From positions 1 to 41,867 of the forward strand of contig CAYNDW010000001.1 in assembly GCA_964395375.1 (NCBI GenBank): a stretch of DNA of 41,867 bases, given 5' to 3'. The notes beneath the pieces were generated by a model. The model was not told where the DNA came from, did not search any database, and saw only the letters and a program-made list of their open reading frames with translations. Shown here in pieces: positions 19,487-33,170 of the stretch; position 1 is the stretch's first letter, and each line of letters starts with the position of its first letter. Source of the stretch: an uncultured Cytophagia bacterium. Its GTDB lineage: Bacteria > Zhuqueibacterota > Zhuqueibacteria > Zhuqueibacterales > Zhuqueibacteraceae. The translations under genes and the position numbers were made by a program.

Positions 19487-20677
19487 CTATTCCGTGATCT
19501 TCGCGACCGCGCCCGCACCGATAGTACGACCGCCTTCACGAATAGCGAAACGCAAACCTTCTTCCATGGCAATAGGCATAATCAATTCCACGGTCACGGT
19601 TACGTTATCGCCCGGCATCACCATTTCCATGCCTGCCGGCAAGTTTGCAACGCCGGTAACATCCGTGGTACGGAAATAAAATTGCGGCCGATAACCATTA
19701 AAGAAAGGCGTATGACGACCAACTTCTTCTTTCTTCAAAACGTAAATTTCCGCGGTAAACTTCGTGTGAGGAGTAATTTTACCGGGAGCGGTAATGACCA
19801 TGCCGCGCTCCAACTCCTCCTTTTCAACACCTCGAAGCAGAAGGCCGACATTATCACCCGCATCACCACTATCAAGCAGCTTACGGAACATCTCAACACC
19901 CGTGACAACGGATTTACGCTTGGTGCCCAATCCGACGATTTCAACTTCCTCGCCAACCTTAATTCTGCCGCGCTCGATACGGCCAGTGCCGACGGTGCCA
20001 CGACCAGTGATCGTGAAAACATCTTCGACCGGCATCAAAAAGGGTTTATCGATTTCACGCACGGGAGTCGGAATATAGCTATCAACCGCAGCCATCAGCT
20101 CAATGACCGCCTTCGTTTTCTCCGGATTGCCGGGATCATTCAAGGCTTCGAGCGCACTGCCTTTGATAATGGGGATTTCATCGCCGGGAAATTGATATTC
20201 TTTCAAAAGGTCGCGCAACTCAAGCTCGACCAATTCCAGCAACTCCGGATCGTCAACCATATCGACTTTGTTCATGAACACGACGATATAGGGAACGCCG
20301 ACTTGGCGCGCCAAAAGAATGTGTTCACGCGTTTGCGGCATGGGGCCGTCTGCTGCGCTCACGACGAGAATTGCGCCGTCCATCTGTGCCGCGCCCGTGA
20401 TCATGTTCTTAACATAATCGGCGTGCCCAGGACAGTCAACGTGTGCATAATGCCGCTTATCGGTTTGATATTCCACGTGCGCGGTATTGATCGTAATACC
20501 ACGTGCCTTTTCTTCTGGGGCATTATCGATAGAATCATAGCTGCGAAATTCCGCCAGGCCCTTTTTCTGAAGCACCAGCGTAATCGCCGCGGTCAACGTG
20601 GTTTTGCCATGATCAACGTGTCCAATCGTTCCGATGTTCACGTGAGGCTTGCTGCGAACAAATTTTTCTTTAGCCAT
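19487..20677 (-). CDS. tuf: elongation factor Tu
   Basis: [33 protein letters not shown]... 396 aa. Confidence 0.98.
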   Translation of the reverse strand: MAKEKFVRSKPHVNIGTIGHVDHGKTTLTAAITLVLQKKGLAEFRSYDSIDNAPEEKARGITINTAHVEYQTDKRHYAHVDCPGHADYVKNMITGAAQMDGAILVVSAADGPMPQTREHILLARQVGVPYIVVFMNKVDMVDDPELLELVELELRDLLKEYQFPGDEIPIIKGSALEALNDPGNPEKTKAVIELMAAVDSYIPTPVREIDKPFLMPVEDVFTITGRGTVGTGRIERGRIKVGEEVEIVGLGTKRKSVVTGVEMFRKLLDSGDAGDNVGLLLRGVEKEELERGMVITAPGKITPHTKFTAEIYVLKKEEVGRHTPFFNGYRPQFYFRTTDVTGVANLPAGMEMVMPGDNVTVTVELIMPIAMEEGLRFAIREGGRTIGAGAVAKITE

Positions 20678-20760
20678 AAGAACATTCTCCCGTAAAAAAC
20701 TTGGGGATTAATTTAAGTTTGTTATCAAGGTCAAGTGAAATTATTCAATACAACCCGTCA

Positions 20761-22851
20761 CTATGCTCGCGACTTACCTTGCACAGCTTCAGTGAGGGTT
20801 TCAGCAATGGACTGTGGCACTGGATCGTAATGTGAAAACTGCATGGTATAGATGGCGCGGCCCTGCGTAATTGATCTCAAGGTCGTGGCATATCCAAACA
20901 TTTCACTTAACGGAACCGTCGCCGCGATAACCTGAACATTCGTGCGGGGCACCATGCCGCGAATTCGACCGCGACGCGAGTTCAAATCACCCATAACATC
21001 ACCCATGTAATTTTCCGGGACAACCACTTCAACATCCATCACCGGCTCGAGCAACACGGGTGAAGCCCTCTTGGCGCCATCCTTAAAAGCCATTGAGCCT
21101 GCAATCTTGAAAGCCATTTCCGAGGAATCGACGTCGTGATAGGAGCCGTCAATGAGCGCAGCCTTGATATCCACCATAGGATAACCGGCAATGACTCCAG
21201 TTTGCAGAGCTTGTTGAATTCCCTCCATCGTCGGCTTAATATACTCTCTCGGAACAGTACCGCCAACGATACGACTTTCAAATTCAAATCCCTTGCCGGG
21301 TTCATTAGGCTCGATTTCGATCTCGACATGTCCATACTGGCCTCGACCACCGCTCTGGCGGATAAACTTGCCAACGGCTTCGACCTTCTTGCGAATTGTT
21401 TCTTTGTACGCAACTTGCGGCTTGCCGACATTGGCATGCACTTTAAACTCTCGCAAGAGGCGATCAATAAGAATTTCAAGATGAAGCTCACCCATGCCGG
21501 CAATGAGTGTTTGCCCGGTTTCTTCATCAGTACGTATCTTAAAAGTCGGATCTTCTTCGGCTAGTTTTCCGAGCGATTCACCCAACAAGTCTTGATCAGC
21601 TTTTGTACGCGGCTCAATAGCAACCGAGATCACCGGCTCCGGAAAATGCATGGACTCCAAAACAATCTGCTTATTTTCCGCGCACAACGAATGACCGGTC
21701 TTGGTATTTTTCAAGCCCACAGCGGCCACAATATCGCCCGCCTGTGCGCTCTCCACATCTTCGCGTTTATTCGCCGACATCACCAACAAACGACCAATGC
21801 GCTCCTTTGCGCCAACCGTGCTATTATAAACATAGCTGCCCGCGTCAATTCTTCCGGAATAGACACGGAAGTAGGTTAGCTTTCCAACATAAGGATCAGT
21901 CATAATCTTGAAAGCTAGCGCGGAGAACGGCTCGCCGGGATCGGGCTTGCGAAAGATCTGTTCATCAGTTTTAGGATGAGTGCCTTTTACTTCAGGCATA
22001 TCAAGCGGAGAGGGCAAATAAAAATTCACCGCATCAAGAAGGCTCTGCACGCCCTTATTCTTAAAAGCAGAGCCGCAGAGCACGGGGACCATAGAAACAT
22101 CAATCGTGGCCTTACGAATAGCTGAATGAATCTCATCTTCCGTTATGGGCTGATCGTGCAAATATTTTTCAAGTAAAGTATCATCATAATCAGAAATCGC
22201 TTCCAACAAAATCGTGCGATACTCCATTGCTTTCGCCATAAGCTCGCCGGGAACCTCAACCTCTTCCCACTTTGCGCCCAATGAATCTTCGCTATAGACC
22301 ACGCCCTTCATACGGATAAGATCAACTGTACCGGTAAACAATTCGCCATCGCCAAAAGGAATCTGCAACGGGATCGCATTTGCACCGAGCTTTTCTTTAA
22401 TCATGCCCAAAGCGCCGTAAAAATCCGCGCCCACGCGATCCATTTTATTGATGAAAGCCAAACGAGGAACACGATAACGATCAGCCTGACGCCACACAGT
22501 TTCAGACTGAGGTTCAACGCCGCCCACGGCACAAAAGAGCGCTACAGCACCATCCAAAACGCGCAAAGAGCGTTCAACTTCAATCGTAAAATCCACGTGT
22601 CCCGGCGTATCAATAATATTGATATGATGGTCCTTCCAATAACACGAAATCGCAGCGGAAGTAATTGTAATACCGCGCTCACGCTCTTGCTCCATCCAAT
22701 CGGTCGTTGCTGCCCCGTCATGCACTTCACCCATGCGATGAATTCGACCGGTATAAAAGAGTATACGCTCAGTCGTCGTCGTTTTACCGGCATCAATGTG
22801 AGCCATGATACCTATATTACGCACATGCGCGAGATCAATATTTTTTGACAT
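20761..22851 (-). CDS. fusA: elongation factor G
   Basis: I place the start at ATG 22851 ([35 protein letters not shown]...). The 13 upstream codons in the ORF track are unlikely to be real. Confidence 0.96.
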   Translation of the reverse strand: MSKNIDLAHVRNIGIMAHIDAGKTTTTERILFYTGRIHRMGEVHDGAATTDWMEQERERGITITSAAISCYWKDHHINIIDTPGHVDFTIEVERSLRVLDGAVALFCAVGGVEPQSETVWRQADRYRVPRLAFINKMDRVGADFYGALGMIKEKLGANAIPLQIPFGDGELFTGTVDLIRMKGVVYSEDSLGAKWEEVEVPGELMAKAMEYRTILLEAISDYDDTLLEKYLHDQPITEDEIHSAIRKATIDVSMVPVLCGSAFKNKGVQSLLDAVNFYLPSPLDMPEVKGTHPKTDEQIFRKPDPGEPFSALAFKIMTDPYVGKLTYFRVYSGRIDAGSYVYNSTVGAKERIGRLLVMSANKREDVESAQAGDIVAAVGLKNTKTGHSLCAENKQIVLESMHFPEPVISVAIEPRTKADQDLLGESLGKLAEEDPTFKIRTDEETGQTLIAGMGELHLEILIDRLLREFKVHANVGKPQVAYKETIRKKVEAVGKFIRQSGGRGQYGHVEIEIEPNEPGKGFEFESRIVGGTVPREYIKPTMEGIQQALQTGVIAGYPMVDIKAALIDGSYHDVDSSEMAFKIAGSMAFKDGAKRASPVLLEPVMDVEVVVPENYMGDVMGDLNSRRGRIRGMVPRTNVQVIAATVPLSEMFGYATTLRSITQGRAIYTMQFSHYDPVPQSIAETLTEAVQGKSRA

Positions 22852-22958
22852 AAAAAACTCCACAATTCCCTGAAGAAAACCAAAGAGCATTTTCTCCCAA
22901 AGAATGTGGAGAGAACAAAACTCCTTAAAATCTTCAGCATTTAAACCTACGAAAAAAC

Positions 22959-23429
22959 CTACCAGCGAAAATGCGCAAAGGCCTTATTCGCTTCCGCCAT
23001 TTTGTGCGTGTCATCACGCTTTTTAATGGCGCTACCGTCTTTATTTGATGCAGCAACAAACTCCCCAGCCAAGCGCTCGGCCATCGTCTTTTCACTACGC
23101 TCTCGCGAAAACCCAACCAACCAACGTATTGCGAGGGCCTGCTGCCTTTCAGATCGAACCTCTATCGGTACTTGATAATTGGCACCACCGACCCGTCGCG
23201 ACTTCACCTCAAGTATAGGGCGAACATTATCCATGGCTTTCGCAAAAACATCCATACCATTTTTACTGGTTCGGGCTTCTGCAATCTCTACAGCCTCATA
23301 AAAAATGCGTTCGGCCACACTACGCTTGCCTCCACGCATTAAGCCATTTATAAATTTAGTCGCCAAAATGCTACCAAATTTAGGGTCCGGCAAGACCTCT
23401 CGCTTGACGATGCGTTTTCTTCTAGACAT
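22959..23429 (-). CDS. rpsG: 30S ribosomal protein S7
   Basis: [42 protein letters not shown]... Confidence 0.97.
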   Translation of the reverse strand: MSRRKRIVKREVLPDPKFGSILATKFINGLMRGGKRSVAERIFYEAVEIAEARTSKNGMDVFAKAMDNVRPILEVKSRRVGGANYQVPIEVRSERQQALAIRWLVGFSRERSEKTMAERLAGEFVAASNKDGSAIKKRDDTHKMAEANKAFAHFRW

Positions 23430-23437
23430 AATTCAAC

Positions 23438-23824
23438 TTAATTTTTACCAGCCGCTTTTTTCTTTTTCGTTCCATATTTCGAACGACTCTGATTTCTATC
23501 TTGCACACCGGCAGAATCATAAACGCCACGAACAATATGATAACGCACACCGGGCAAATCCTTCACTCGACCACCACGAATAAGCACAATCGAATGCTCC
23601 TGCAAATTATGCCCTTCACCGGGAATATAAGCAGTCACTTCATAGTGATTTGTCAAGCGCACACGAGCAACCTTACGAAGGGCAGAATTCGGCTTCTTCG
23701 GAGTGGTTGTGTACACTCTAGTGCAAACACCGCGTCTTTGCGGTGAGCCAGTCAATGCAGGGGCAGTCGTTTTTCTTTTAAGCTGCTCCCGGCCATGGCG
23801 AACCAATTGATTTATCGTTGGCAA
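23438..23824 (-). CDS. rpsL: 30S ribosomal protein S12
   Basis: [24 protein letters not shown]...[16 protein letters not shown]... The start codon is TTG at 23824, 5 nt after AGGAG. Confidence 0.97.
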   Translation of the reverse strand: MPTINQLVRHGREQLKRKTTAPALTGSPQRRGVCTRVYTTTPKKPNSALRKVARVRLTNHYEVTAYIPGEGHNLQEHSIVLIRGGRVKDLPGVRYHIVRGVYDSAGVQDRNQSRSKYGTKKKKAAGKN

Positions 23825-23851
23825 GCGTGCTCCTGTAGATCAGAGAATGAT

Positions 23852-23880
23852 AATATACACAAACAATGTTGCGAAAGCAA
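23852..23880 (-). promoter_or_regulatory. candidate sigma70 promoter of the str operon
   Basis: The minus strand reads TTGCTT (23880-23875), a 17-nt spacer, then TATATT (23857-23852), about 28 nt upstream of the rpsL start. Confidence 0.4.
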
Positions 23881-23922
23881 CGACTTTTCAGGCATTTTTA
23901 AGACATTTTGCACGCGCTTTGC

Positions 23923-26900
23923 TCATCCTGCTCGCTGCAAAGCTGTATCAATTTCAGTCACCTGACCATCGGAAGATACACGGAGTTTTTTAAACTTGCT
24001 TAAGCCTGTTCCCGCCGGAATCAGATTGCCCATAATCACGTTCTCTTTTAAGCCGAGAAGCTTATCTATCTTTCCTTCAATCGAAGCTTCCGTCAAGACC
24101 CGCGTCGTTTCCTGAAAAGATGCCGCCGAAATGAAACTATCCGTCGTAAGCGAAGCTTTCGTGATACCCAGTAACAAAGGTTGAAATGTAGACGGTTGCG
24201 CCGGGCGAACTTTAACCAACGCTTTACCAGCCTTTTTCATCTTTTCGTTTGCTTTATCTATTTCTTCCTGGGCGAGCAAAACATTGATTTTCAGCTTTGA
24301 GTCACCGGCGTCGGTTACAACAACTTGATGCCGAATGCGTTCATTCTCTGCCAAGAACCTTATTTTATCTACCTGATCGCTTTCCAAGTAATCGGTATCG
24401 CCTGGATCTTCAATCTTCACTTTCTGCAGCATTTGGCGCACAATCACCTCGATGTGCTTATCATTGATACGCACGCCCTGCAATCGATAGACTTCTTGAA
24501 TCTCATTAACGAGATATTCTTGCACCTTATTCGGCCCCATAATATTCAAAATATCTTGGGGCGCAATGGAGCCTTCGGATAATTTTTCACCGGCATGCAC
24601 CCAATCACCATCATGCACGAGAACATGCTTGCCGTACGGAATCTGATAAACTTTCTCTTCTTTACCGTCACGCGAAGCAATATTGACCTTTCGAACGCCT
24701 CGCCTAATCTCACCAAACTTTACCTGCCCGTCAATTTCACTCACGATGGCCGGTTCTTTGGGACGACGCGCTTCAAAAAGTTCTGCCACTCGCGGCAGAC
24801 CGCCAGTAATGTCGCGTGTCTTTGCAATTTCTCGCGGAATCTTGACAAGCACGACACCCGCACTTACTTGCTGCCCTTCGACCACTTGCAAATGCGAACG
24901 GGTTGGCAAAATATATGTGCTCAACTTCTTGTCATCGTCCATGATATGGATTTGCGGACTAAGGTTACGCAAACGCGTCTCAATAATAACGCGTTGCTTC
25001 AACCCGGTCGCCTCATCCAACTCTTCACGCAATGTGACGTTTTCACGAATATCGACAAACTTTACCACACCATCATGATTTGCAAGAATGCTCGCGGTGT
25101 AAGGATCCCAACGAAACACAATCTTGCCTCGCGACACATGCTCATCTTCTTTTACTAAAATATTTGCGCCGTAAGGAATGATGTACTGCGCTACGGTACG
25201 ATTATTCTCGTCAATAACTTTCAACTTACCATTGCGGCCGACCGCTATGGTCGAGCCGTCTTCATGCACGACCGACTTCAGATTCTCGAACCTCACTTGG
25301 CCAACATGCTTGGAAGTGACTTGCGATTGCGCTGCAATACGCGAAGCCGTGCCGCCAATGTGAAAGGTGCGCAACGTTAATTGCGTGCCCGGTTCACCGA
25401 TAGATTGTGCGGCCATAACGCCAACAGCTTCGCCGATATTCACCACCTTGCCTGACGCCAAATTACGGCCATAACATTTCGTACATACACCGCGCTCGGC
25501 TTCGCAGGTCAACACCGAGCGAATGAGAACGGTTTCAATACCGACATCAGAAATGCGATCGGCTTTATCTTCGTCAATCAACATGCCCGCTTCGCAAATC
25601 GGCTCGCCGCTATCAGCATCATAAACGTCTTCTTGCGACACGCGTCCGAGAATACGATCACGCAGCGGCTCAATCACCTCTTCGCCTTCTTTCAAATCAC
25701 CGGTGCGCAATCCGAGAATCGTGCCGCAATCATCCATCGTGATAATGACATCTTGCGCCACATCAACCAAACGGCGTGTAAGATAGCCGGCATCCGCGGT
25801 TTTCAAAGCCGTATCCGCCAAACCCTTGCGCGCGCCGTGCGTGGAGATAAAATATTCCAAGACGGAAAGCCCTTCGCGGAAATTTGCCGTAATGGGGTTC
25901 TCAATAATTTCGCCCATTTGTCCAGTCATCTTCTTCTGCGGCTTAGCCATCAAGCCACGCATGCCCGCAAGCTGACGAATCTGCTCTTTCGAACCGCGCG
26001 CGCCGGAATCGGCCATCATAAAAATCGGATTGAAACCCTGCCGATCCACCGATAAACGTTCGAACATCTTTTCCGCGACTTCGCTCGTCGTGTACGTCCA
26101 AATATCGATGATCTGATTATAGCGCTCGCCGTCGGTAATGACGCCCTTCTCATATTGCGTTTGAATGGTGTTGGCTTTATGAAAAGCCGCATCCAAATAT
26201 TTCGTCTTTTCAATCGGAATCATGACATCCAGCACGCCGACGGTGACGCCGGATTTCATTGCGTGTTCGAAGCCCAGCAGCTTCAACTCATCCAAGAAAT
26301 TTGCCGTGCGAAAATTTCCCAAATGCTTATAGACCTGCGCAATCAGTTCTTCCAAGCGCTTCTTGGTGAGCAATTCATTCACGTAACCGATTTCGCGCGG
26401 CACGACACGGTTGAGCATGACGCGACCGACCGTCGTTTCAACCAACTTATCGTTCATGCGCACTTTGATTCTCGTATGCAGCGCAATTCTGCCGTTACTA
26501 TACGCGATGTTGACTTCGTCCTGATTCGAAAAAATCTTGCCTTCGCCGGGCAAACCATTCTTGGCTTTGGTGAGATAGTAAATTCCGAGCACGATGTCCT
26601 GGCTTGGAATCGCAAGCGGCCGCCCGGAAGCGGGCGACAAAATATTATGACTCGACAGCATCAACAAGCGCGTCTCGGTTTGCGCATAATAACTCAACGG
26701 CACGTGCACGGCCATTTGATCGCCGTCAAAATCCGCGTTGAATGCCGCGCAAACCAGTGGGTGAATCTGCAACGCTTTGCCTTCAATCAGAATCGGCTGG
26801 AAAGCCTGAATGCCGAGACGGTGCAGCGTCGGCGCACGATTCAACATAATGGGGTGATCTTCGATGATCTCTTCCAAAATATCCCACACGCTGCTATCGC

Positions 26901-28146
26901 GGCGGTCAACCATTTTCTTTGCGCTCTTCACCGTCTTCGCAATGGACCGTTCCACCAATTTGCGAATAACAAACGGTTTGAAGAGTTCGAGCGCCATTTC
27001 TTTCGGCAAGCCACACTCGTGCAAGCGCAACTCCGGACCGACCACGATAACCGAGCGACCCGAATAGTCAATACGCTTACCCAATAAATTTTGACGGAAG
27101 CGACCTTGTTTACCGCGCAACATATCCGAAAGAGATTTCAAAGGCCGATTGCCGTCGCCACGCACTGCGGCCGTTTTGCGGCCGTTATCGAATAACGCGT
27201 CAACCGCTTCTTGCAGCATACGCTTTTCGTTGCGCAAAATAACTTCCGGCGCTTTGATCTCCATCAACTTCTTCAAACGATTATTGCGGATAATCACGCG
27301 GCGATAAAGGTCGTTCAAATCCGAAGTTGCGAAGCGGCCGCCTTCAAGCGGAACCAAGGGACGCAATTCCGGTGGAATAACCGGAATCACCGAGAGCACC
27401 ATCCACTCCGGGCGGTTTTTGCTGCGTTTGATGGCTTCGATAACTTTTAACCGCTTGAGCGCATCTGTTTTTCTTTGAAAGGAGGTTTCGACCTTTACTT
27501 GATGACGCAATTCCACCGATACTTTTTCGGGGTCCGTGCGTTTTAACAATTCCAGCACGGCTTCACCGCCGATCTTCGCGACAAAACGTGGAGCGCTCTC
27601 ATTGTCACTTTCTGACGTTCCCGGGGCCGGCTCCCCGTGTTCAGCAGTAATGCGAAAGTAATCGTCTTCCGAGATCAATTCTTTCGGCTCCAAACCGCTC
27701 TTGCCCGGCTCAATCACGACATATGATTCGTAGTAAATGACCTTCTCAAGATTCTTACCGCTCATCCCGAGAATGTAGCCGATCTTCGAGGGCAGAGACT
27801 TCCAATACCAAATATGCACCACGGGCACCGCAAGGGTGATATGGCCCATGCGTTCGCGTCGCACGGATTTCGTAGTCACTTCCACGCCGCAGCGATCGCA
27901 GACGATACCTTTATATCGAATGCGTTTATACTTGCCGCAATGACATTCCCAATCGCGCACCGGCCCAAAAATTTTCTCACAAAACAAGCCGTCTTTTTCC
28001 GGCTTGAATGAGCGATAGTTGATCGTTTCCGGCTTGGTCACTTCGCCATGCGAGCGCTCAAGAATTTTGTCCGGCGAAGCCAGACTTATGCCAATGGCGT
28101 TGAAACGACGCCGCGATGTAGAATCTTGTTTGGGAAAATAGCTCAC
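23923..28146 (-). CDS. rpoC: DNA-directed RNA polymerase subunit beta'
   Basis: ...[46 protein letters not shown]... plus the [12 protein letters not shown] catalytic motif. I place the start at GTG 28146, 7 nt after GGAGG, rather than the ORF-track TTG at 28170. Confidence 0.96.
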   Translation of the reverse strand: MSYFPKQDSTSRRRFNAIGISLASPDKILERSHGEVTKPETINYRSFKPEKDGLFCEKIFGPVRDWECHCGKYKRIRYKGIVCDRCGVEVTTKSVRRERMGHITLAVPVVHIWYWKSLPSKIGYILGMSGKNLEKVIYYESYVVIEPGKSGLEPKELISEDDYFRITAEHGEPAPGTSESDNESAPRFVAKIGGEAVLELLKRTDPEKVSVELRHQVKVETSFQRKTDALKRLKVIEAIKRSKNRPEWMVLSVIPVIPPELRPLVPLEGGRFATSDLNDLYRRVIIRNNRLKKLMEIKAPEVILRNEKRMLQEAVDALFDNGRKTAAVRGDGNRPLKSLSDMLRGKQGRFRQNLLGKRIDYSGRSVIVVGPELRLHECGLPKEMALELFKPFVIRKLVERSIAKTVKSAKKMVDRRDSSVWDILEEIIEDHPIMLNRAPTLHRLGIQAFQPILIEGKALQIHPLVCAAFNADFDGDQMAVHVPLSYYAQTETRLLMLSSHNILSPASGRPLAIPSQDIVLGIYYLTKAKNGLPGEGKIFSNQDEVNIAYSNGRIALHTRIKVRMNDKLVETTVGRVMLNRVVPREIGYVNELLTKKRLEELIAQVYKHLGNFRTANFLDELKLLGFEHAMKSGVTVGVLDVMIPIEKTKYLDAAFHKANTIQTQYEKGVITDGERYNQIIDIWTYTTSEVAEKMFERLSVDRQGFNPIFMMADSGARGSKEQIRQLAGMRGLMAKPQKKMTGQMGEIIENPITANFREGLSVLEYFISTHGARKGLADTALKTADAGYLTRRLVDVAQDVIITMDDCGTILGLRTGDLKEGEEVIEPLRDRILGRVSQEDVYDADSGEPICEAGMLIDEDKADRISDVGIETVLIRSVLTCEAERGVCTKCYGRNLASGKVVNIGEAVGVMAAQSIGEPGTQLTLRTFHIGGTASRIAAQSQVTSKHVGQVRFENLKSVVHEDGSTIAVGRNGKLKVIDENNRTVAQYIIPYGANILVKEDEHVSRGKIVFRWDPYTASILANHDGVVKFVDIRENVTLREELDEATGLKQRVIIETRLRNLSPQIHIMDDDKKLSTYILPTRSHLQVVEGQQVSAGVVLVKIPREIAKTRDITGGLPRVAELFEARRPKEPAIVSEIDGQVKFGEIRRGVRKVNIASRDGKEEKVYQIPYGKHVLVHDGDWVHAGEKLSEGSIAPQDILNIMGPNKVQEYLVNEIQEVYRLQGVRINDKHIEVIVRQMLQKVKIEDPGDTDYLESDQVDKIRFLAENERIRHQVVVTDAGDSKLKINVLLAQEEIDKANEKMKKAGKALVKVRPAQPSTFQPLLLGITKASLTTDSFISAASFQETTRVLTEASIEGKIDKLLGLKENVIMGNLIPAGTGLSKFKKLRVSSDGQVTEIDTALQRAG

Positions 28147-28199
28147 TTCAAAACCTCCATGGAGTCGCAAAGCTTTTAAAACGTCCTATTGTTTTCCTA

Positions 28200-31100
28200 T
28201 CAAGCTCTGCTGTTTTCAGCATCATCAATGAGATCGATATCAAGACCCAACCCTTGCAGTTCCCGGATCAAAACGTTGAAGGATTCCGGCAAACCGGGTT
28301 CGGGCAGATTATCGCCCTTCACAATCGCTTCATAAACTTTCGAACGGCCGCGCACGTCGTCGGATTTCACGGTGAGAATTTCTTGCAGCGTGTACGCCGC
28401 GCCATAAGCTTCAAGCGCCCACACTTCCATTTCACCGAAACGTTGGCCGCCGAATTGCGCTTTGCCGCCAAGTGGCTGCTGCGTGATCAATGAATACGGT
28501 CCAATCGAGCGCGCGTGAATCTTATCTTCAACCAAGTGCGAGAGCTTCATCATGTAAATTTGGCCGACCGTCACCTCTTCGTCAAACGCCTCACCGCTGC
28601 GGCCATCAAACAAAGGAACCTTGCCGGTCAACGGCAAGCCGGCTTTGGTCATTTGCTCATGCACTTGTTCTTCCGTGGCGCCATCAAACACCGGCGTAGC
28701 GAATTTTACACCCAGAAGTGAAGCGGCCCAACCGAGATTGGTCTCAAAAATTTGGCCGAGGTTCATACGCGAAGGCACGCCGAGCGGATTGAGGACAATA
28801 TCAACCGAACGGCCATCACTCAAGCGTGGCATATCTTCGATTGGCACGAGACGCGCGACCACGCCCTTGTTGCCGTGTCGGCCGGCCATTTTATCGCCAA
28901 CCATCAGCTTGCGTTTTTTCGCAACGTAAACTTTCGCGAGTTGCACAATACCGGGTGGCAATTCATCGCCGATGACAATTTTGGTCTTCTGGCGTTCGTA
29001 CTCTTCGTTGATGTCTTTGAACTTGCGCTCATACGCAACGTAGACGGCATCAACCAATTCATTAATCCGCTTTTTCTCGGTCCAGCCTTCGCTGCGATCG
29101 AGCTTGTCAAAATCCAATTCTCCCAAACGCTCTTCCGTCAATTCGGTGTTTGCGCGCACGACGACTTTGCCGCTATTCAAATCACGAATCGTGCTGGAAG
29201 TTTCGCCGGAAAGCAGATTGGTCAATTTTTCACTCAAAAATCTTTTGATTCGCGCCAACTCGCGAGTATGCCAATCTTCGATCTCGTCGAGCTTCTTCTT
29301 TTCTTGGCGCTTCGATTTGGTGTCTTTCTTTTTACGCGAGAACAGCTTGGTGTCGATCACGATGCCCTTCAACCCCGGAGTCGCCTTGAGCGAAGCGTCT
29401 TTCACGTCGCCGGCTTTTTCACCAAAAATGGCTTTTAATAATTTCTCTTCCGGCGTAGGATCGGTTTCGCCCTTGGGCGTTACCTTGCCGACAAGAATAT
29501 CTCCGGCTTGCACTTCCGCGCCCACGCGGATGATGCCGTTCTCATCCAAATCTTTTGTGGCTTCTTCGGAGACGTTGGGAATTTCGCGCGTGAGTTCTTC
29601 TTCGCCGCGCTTGGTGTCGCGCACTTGCAGTTCGAACTCTTCGATATGAATCGAAGTGTAGACGTCTTTCTGCACAATGCGCTCGGACATCACAATGGCA
29701 TCTTCGAAGTTATAACCACGCCACGGCATAAATGCGACAAGCACGTTGCGGCCCAGGGCCAATTCGCCATCTTCGGTCGCGCAACCATCCGCGAGCACTT
29801 GGCCTTTGGTAATCCGCTGGCCGACTTTCACAATCGGACGCTGATTGATGCAGGTATCTTGATTCGTGCGCAAAAATTTTGTGCAGCGATAGGAAACGAG
29901 ATCGGTTTCTTCGAAATTCAACAGGCTTTCGGGATCGGTCTTCTTGCCGCGACCGGGCATGTCTTTGCGAATAATGATGCGGCTCGTTTCAACATGCTCG
30001 ACCACGCCGTCATATTCCGAAACGATCATGGCGCGTGAGTCGCGTGCGATTTTTCCTTCCATGCCCGTGCCCACGAGAGGGGCTTGCGGTACTAATAACG
30101 GCACCGCCTGGCGCTGCATGTTGGAGCCCATCAAGGCGCGGTTGGCATCGTCGTGTTCTAAGAACGGAATTAACGCCGCAGCCGCGGACACGATTTGGTT
30201 CGGCGACACGTCCATATAATGCACTTCTTGCGGCTGCACGACCGGAAACTCGCCCTTGATTCGCGCTTTCACACGATCACTTTCATAATAACCTTTGTGA
30301 TCAATCGGCGCGTTCGCCTGCGCAATGACGTATTGATCTTCATCATCCGCAGAAAGATAGGCAATATCATTGAGCACGCGCCCGTCCTTCACGCGACGGT
30401 ACGGCGTTTCGATAAAGCCAAAGTCGTTGATGCGCGCGAAAGTGGTGAGCGAAGAAATCAAACCGATATTCGGCCCTTCCGGCGTTTCAATGGGACACAA
30501 ACGACCGTAATGCGTGTAATGCACGTCGCGCACTTCAAAACCAGCGCGCTCACGCGTAAGACCGCCGGGACCAAGCGCGGAAAGGCGACGCTTGTGTGTC
30601 AACTCCGCCAAAGGATTGGTTTGATCCATGAACTGCGAAAGCTGACTCGTGCCGAAGAACGTGTTGATCACCGAGATGATCGTGCGCGCATTGACGAGAT
30701 CTTGCGGCGTGAGTTTTTCACTCTCGCGCAGATTCATTCTTTCTTTGATGGTGCGCGCCATGCGTGAAAGGCCGACGCTCATTTGCTGCGAAAGCTGCTC
30801 GCCTACGGTGCGAATACGGCGATTGCCCAAGTGATCGATATCATCCGCGGTGCGATGGCCGTTGCGCATATCGAGCAAATACTTGATGATCGTCACGAGG
30901 TCATCATTGGTAAGCACAGTCGTCTCGCCGGGGATTTCGAGATTCAATTTTTTATTGAGTCGATAACGACCGACCTCGCCCAAATCATAGCGCTTCGCAT
31001 TAAAGAACAACCTCTCGAGAAACTGCTTTGCGGTATCGAGATCGGGAGGTTCGCCGGAGCGCAGGTGGCGATAAATTGTTTCAAGCGCATCCGCCTGCGA

Positions 31101-32003
31101 AAGCGCGTTATCCTTGCGCAGAGTGTTCGAAATAACCTCCGGGCCATATGCGCTATCTTGCTTGAGCAAACGCAACAAAGGAATCTTCGCGGCTTTGAGG
31201 CGGTCAATCGCCTCTTCCGTAAGCTCCGTATCTTTTTCAAGCAACACTTCGCCCGTTTCGCGATCAACCACGTCGCTGATCGAAGTGCGTCCGAGGTATT
31301 GTTTGATTTTGGAGTCAGAGACTTTGACTTCTTCGATCAAATCAAACAACTGCAGCAACTCTTTGTCGGTGGAATATCCCAGCGCGCGCAGAAGGGTCGT
31401 GACCGGAAATTTTTTGCGACGATCGATATAGACATACATCACGTCGCTAATATCCGTCATGAATTCCACCCACGAGCCACGCAACGGAATGATGCGCGCC
31501 GAGAAGAGCTTGGTGCCGTTGGGATGCTTCAACTCGTCAAAGAAGACCCCGGGCGAACGATGCAACTGACTCACGACAATACGCTCCGCGCCGTTGATAA
31601 TGAACGTGCCGCGCGTGGTCATATACGGAATATTGCCGAGATAGACTACTTGCTCCGTGGTTTCGCCGAAGTTGCCGGTTTCTTCATCCTTCACGGACAA
31701 ACGCAACTTCGCCTTGAGCGGCACGGAATAAGAGACGCCACGCTCCTGGCATTCATCCATGTCATATTTCGGCTTCTCGATATAAAACTCGACGAAGTCC
31801 AAACAAAAATTTTCCCGGCTATCATAAATCGGGAAAATGCTTTTGAAAACCGCATGCATGCCTTTGTTGGCGCGCTTGCCGGGCTCAACGTCGACTTGGA
31901 GAAACTCGCTAAATGACTTTAGTTGGATGTCCAGAAGATCGGGCAAGTCAATTACGGAGTTGAGCGTAGAAAAGGAGATTCGCTTACCGTTCAGATTTTC
32001 CAT
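28200..32003 (-). CDS. rpoB: DNA-directed RNA polymerase subunit beta
   Basis: [31 protein letters not shown]...; later ...[19 protein letters not shown]... I prefer the ATG at 32003 to the GTG at 32012. Confidence 0.96.
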   Translation of the reverse strand: MENLNGKRISFSTLNSVIDLPDLLDIQLKSFSEFLQVDVEPGKRANKGMHAVFKSIFPIYDSRENFCLDFVEFYIEKPKYDMDECQERGVSYSVPLKAKLRLSVKDEETGNFGETTEQVVYLGNIPYMTTRGTFIINGAERIVVSQLHRSPGVFFDELKHPNGTKLFSARIIPLRGSWVEFMTDISDVMYVYIDRRKKFPVTTLLRALGYSTDKELLQLFDLIEEVKVSDSKIKQYLGRTSISDVVDRETGEVLLEKDTELTEEAIDRLKAAKIPLLRLLKQDSAYGPEVISNTLRKDNALSQADALETIYRHLRSGEPPDLDTAKQFLERLFFNAKRYDLGEVGRYRLNKKLNLEIPGETTVLTNDDLVTIIKYLLDMRNGHRTADDIDHLGNRRIRTVGEQLSQQMSVGLSRMARTIKERMNLRESEKLTPQDLVNARTIISVINTFFGTSQLSQFMDQTNPLAELTHKRRLSALGPGGLTRERAGFEVRDVHYTHYGRLCPIETPEGPNIGLISSLTTFARINDFGFIETPYRRVKDGRVLNDIAYLSADDEDQYVIAQANAPIDHKGYYESDRVKARIKGEFPVVQPQEVHYMDVSPNQIVSAAAALIPFLEHDDANRALMGSNMQRQAVPLLVPQAPLVGTGMEGKIARDSRAMIVSEYDGVVEHVETSRIIIRKDMPGRGKKTDPESLLNFEETDLVSYRCTKFLRTNQDTCINQRPIVKVGQRITKGQVLADGCATEDGELALGRNVLVAFMPWRGYNFEDAIVMSERIVQKDVYTSIHIEEFELQVRDTKRGEEELTREIPNVSEEATKDLDENGIIRVGAEVQAGDILVGKVTPKGETDPTPEEKLLKAIFGEKAGDVKDASLKATPGLKGIVIDTKLFSRKKKDTKSKRQEKKKLDEIEDWHTRELARIKRFLSEKLTNLLSGETSSTIRDLNSGKVVVRANTELTEERLGELDFDKLDRSEGWTEKKRINELVDAVYVAYERKFKDINEEYERQKTKIVIGDELPPGIVQLAKVYVAKKRKLMVGDKMAGRHGNKGVVARLVPIEDMPRLSDGRSVDIVLNPLGVPSRMNLGQIFETNLGWAASLLGVKFATPVFDGATEEQVHEQMTKAGLPLTGKVPLFDGRSGEAFDEEVTVGQIYMMKLSHLVEDKIHARSIGPYSLITQQPLGGKAQFGGQRFGEMEVWALEAYGAAYTLQEILTVKSDDVRGRSKVYEAIVKGDNLPEPGLPESFNVLIRELQGLGLDIDLIDDAENSRA

Positions 32004-32039
32004 ACAACACACAAAAGTGAAAGAGTACCATCCTTAGTT

Positions 32040-32075
32040 AAACAACAAAACGCGAATAGGCGGTTCCACACCTAT
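32040..32075 (-). terminator. candidate attenuator hairpin between rplL and rpoB
   Basis: The minus strand reads ATAGGTG, a 6-nt loop, CGCCTAT (7 bp including one G-U), then TCGCGTTTTGTTGTTT. It starts at the last base of the rplL stop. Its position matches the known E. coli rplL-rpoB attenuator. Confidence 0.4.
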
Positions 32076-32470
32076 CACTTAACTTCAACCGTAGCGCCAG
32101 CTTCTTCCAGCTTCGCTTTGATTTGTTGCGATTCTTCTTTGTTCACGGCCTCTTTCAAAGTCTTGGGCGCGTTATCCACCAAATCCTTGGCTTCTTTTAA
32201 GCCCAGATTGGTCAGCGTGCGCACGACCTTGATGACGTTAATCTTGTTGGCACCCGCGCTCACCAAGACCACGTCGAACTCGGTCTTTTCTTCTACAGCA
32301 GGAGCCGCCGGAGCGCCACCAACTGCACCCGCGGACATCATCGCAACAGCAGGGGCTGCCGCGGAGACGCCGAATTTTTCTTCGATTGCCTTAACCAAAG
32401 AAGAGAGCTCAAGAACGGTCATGTTCTCGATTAGTTGCAGCACCTCTTGCTGCTTGCCATTGATAGACAC
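32075..32470 (-). CDS. rplL: 50S ribosomal protein L7/L12
   Basis: ...[22 protein letters not shown]...[29 protein letters not shown]... The start codon is GTG, preceded by AAGGAGG. Confidence 0.97.
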   Translation of the reverse strand: MSINGKQQEVLQLIENMTVLELSSLVKAIEEKFGVSAAAPAVAMMSAGAVGGAPAAPAVEEKTEFDVVLVSAGANKINVIKVVRTLTNLGLKEAKDLVDNAPKTLKEAVNKEESQQIKAKLEEAGATVEVK

Positions 32471-32610
32471 AACAACCTCCTTAGATAATTTAGAACTAGC
32501 TGCGCCGTGAAATTTTCAATGACGAAAAACTAGTTTAATTTTGATAATGAAACTCATAATTCAACCCCTACGTTCAAAAACGCAGAGGGCATCCCGATAA
32601 ACGAGTGGGA

Positions 32611-33153
32611 TTACGCTTCGCTTTTTTCTTTGCTTTCCGCCACTGCATTCAAGGCATAAGCTAACTTGCGAATAATTCCAGAAAGCGCGTTCGCCAAACC
32701 AGTGATCGGAGAATTAAGACTACCCAACAACCGCGACATTAATTGTTCACGGCTGGGCAAAGTGGCAATCTCCGCCAACGACTTGGCTTCAAAGTATCGC
32801 CCTTCGAACACGATCGCTTTGACTTTGGGTTTTTCATTCGTCTTTAAAAAATCAGTCAGCACTTTGGCCGGGGCGGCAGGATCTCCCATTCCAAATGCTA
32901 ACGCGGTAGGACCTTCAAGGTGAGGCACCAAATCTTTGAGGCCAGCTTGTTGAGCCGCGATACGAGCAAGCGTATTCTTGCTGACCTGGAACTCCACTTT
33001 AGACTTCCGCAGATTCCGACGCAAGTTGGTAATAGCTGCAACAGTCAACCCAGAGTAATCCGTAACAAACACACTTTTGGCCGAGGAGAGCTTTTCCACA
33101 ATTTGCGCAACAGCTTCCTGCTTTTCCGGACGAATGGTTTTGGTTTCTAGCAT
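32611..33153 (-). CDS. rplJ: 50S ribosomal protein L10
   Basis: 180 aa, ...VFVTDYSGLTVAAITNLRRNLRKSKVEFQVSKNTL... located between rplA and rplL. Confidence 0.95.
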   Translation of the reverse strand: MLETKTIRPEKQEAVAQIVEKLSSAKSVFVTDYSGLTVAAITNLRRNLRKSKVEFQVSKNTLARIAAQQAGLKDLVPHLEGPTALAFGMGDPAAPAKVLTDFLKTNEKPKVKAIVFEGRYFEAKSLAEIATLPSREQLMSRLLGSLNSPITGLANALSGIIRKLAYALNAVAESKEKSEA

Positions 33154-33170
33154 TTTATTCTCGAACTCTG

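Noticed and set aside
19388-20695. 435-aa + strand ORF
   Set aside because: It is exactly antisense to EF-Tu, one of the most conserved proteins known. It has no recognisable motifs.
20678-20760. TTGACC-N17-TTAATC in the fusA-tuf spacer as an internal tuf promoter
   Set aside because: The -10 hexamer is poor and I cannot separate it from chance in an AT-rich spacer, so I left it unannotated.
17731-28170. N-terminal extensions in the ORF track for rplW (to 17790), rpsJ (to 19440), fusA (to 22890) and rpoC (to 28170), and likewise the M24 peptidase (to 39098)
   Set aside because: The extensions precede the conserved N-termini. They either overlap the upstream gene or lack an SD, and better starts with AGGAG/GGAGG at 5-10 nt spacing exist downstream.
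26155-31916. Long + strand ORFs inside rpoC and rpoB (26155..27087 of 310 aa, 30783..31916 of 377 aa, and others)
   Set aside because: They are antisense to the RNA polymerase beta and beta' genes and have no independent start signals or motifs.
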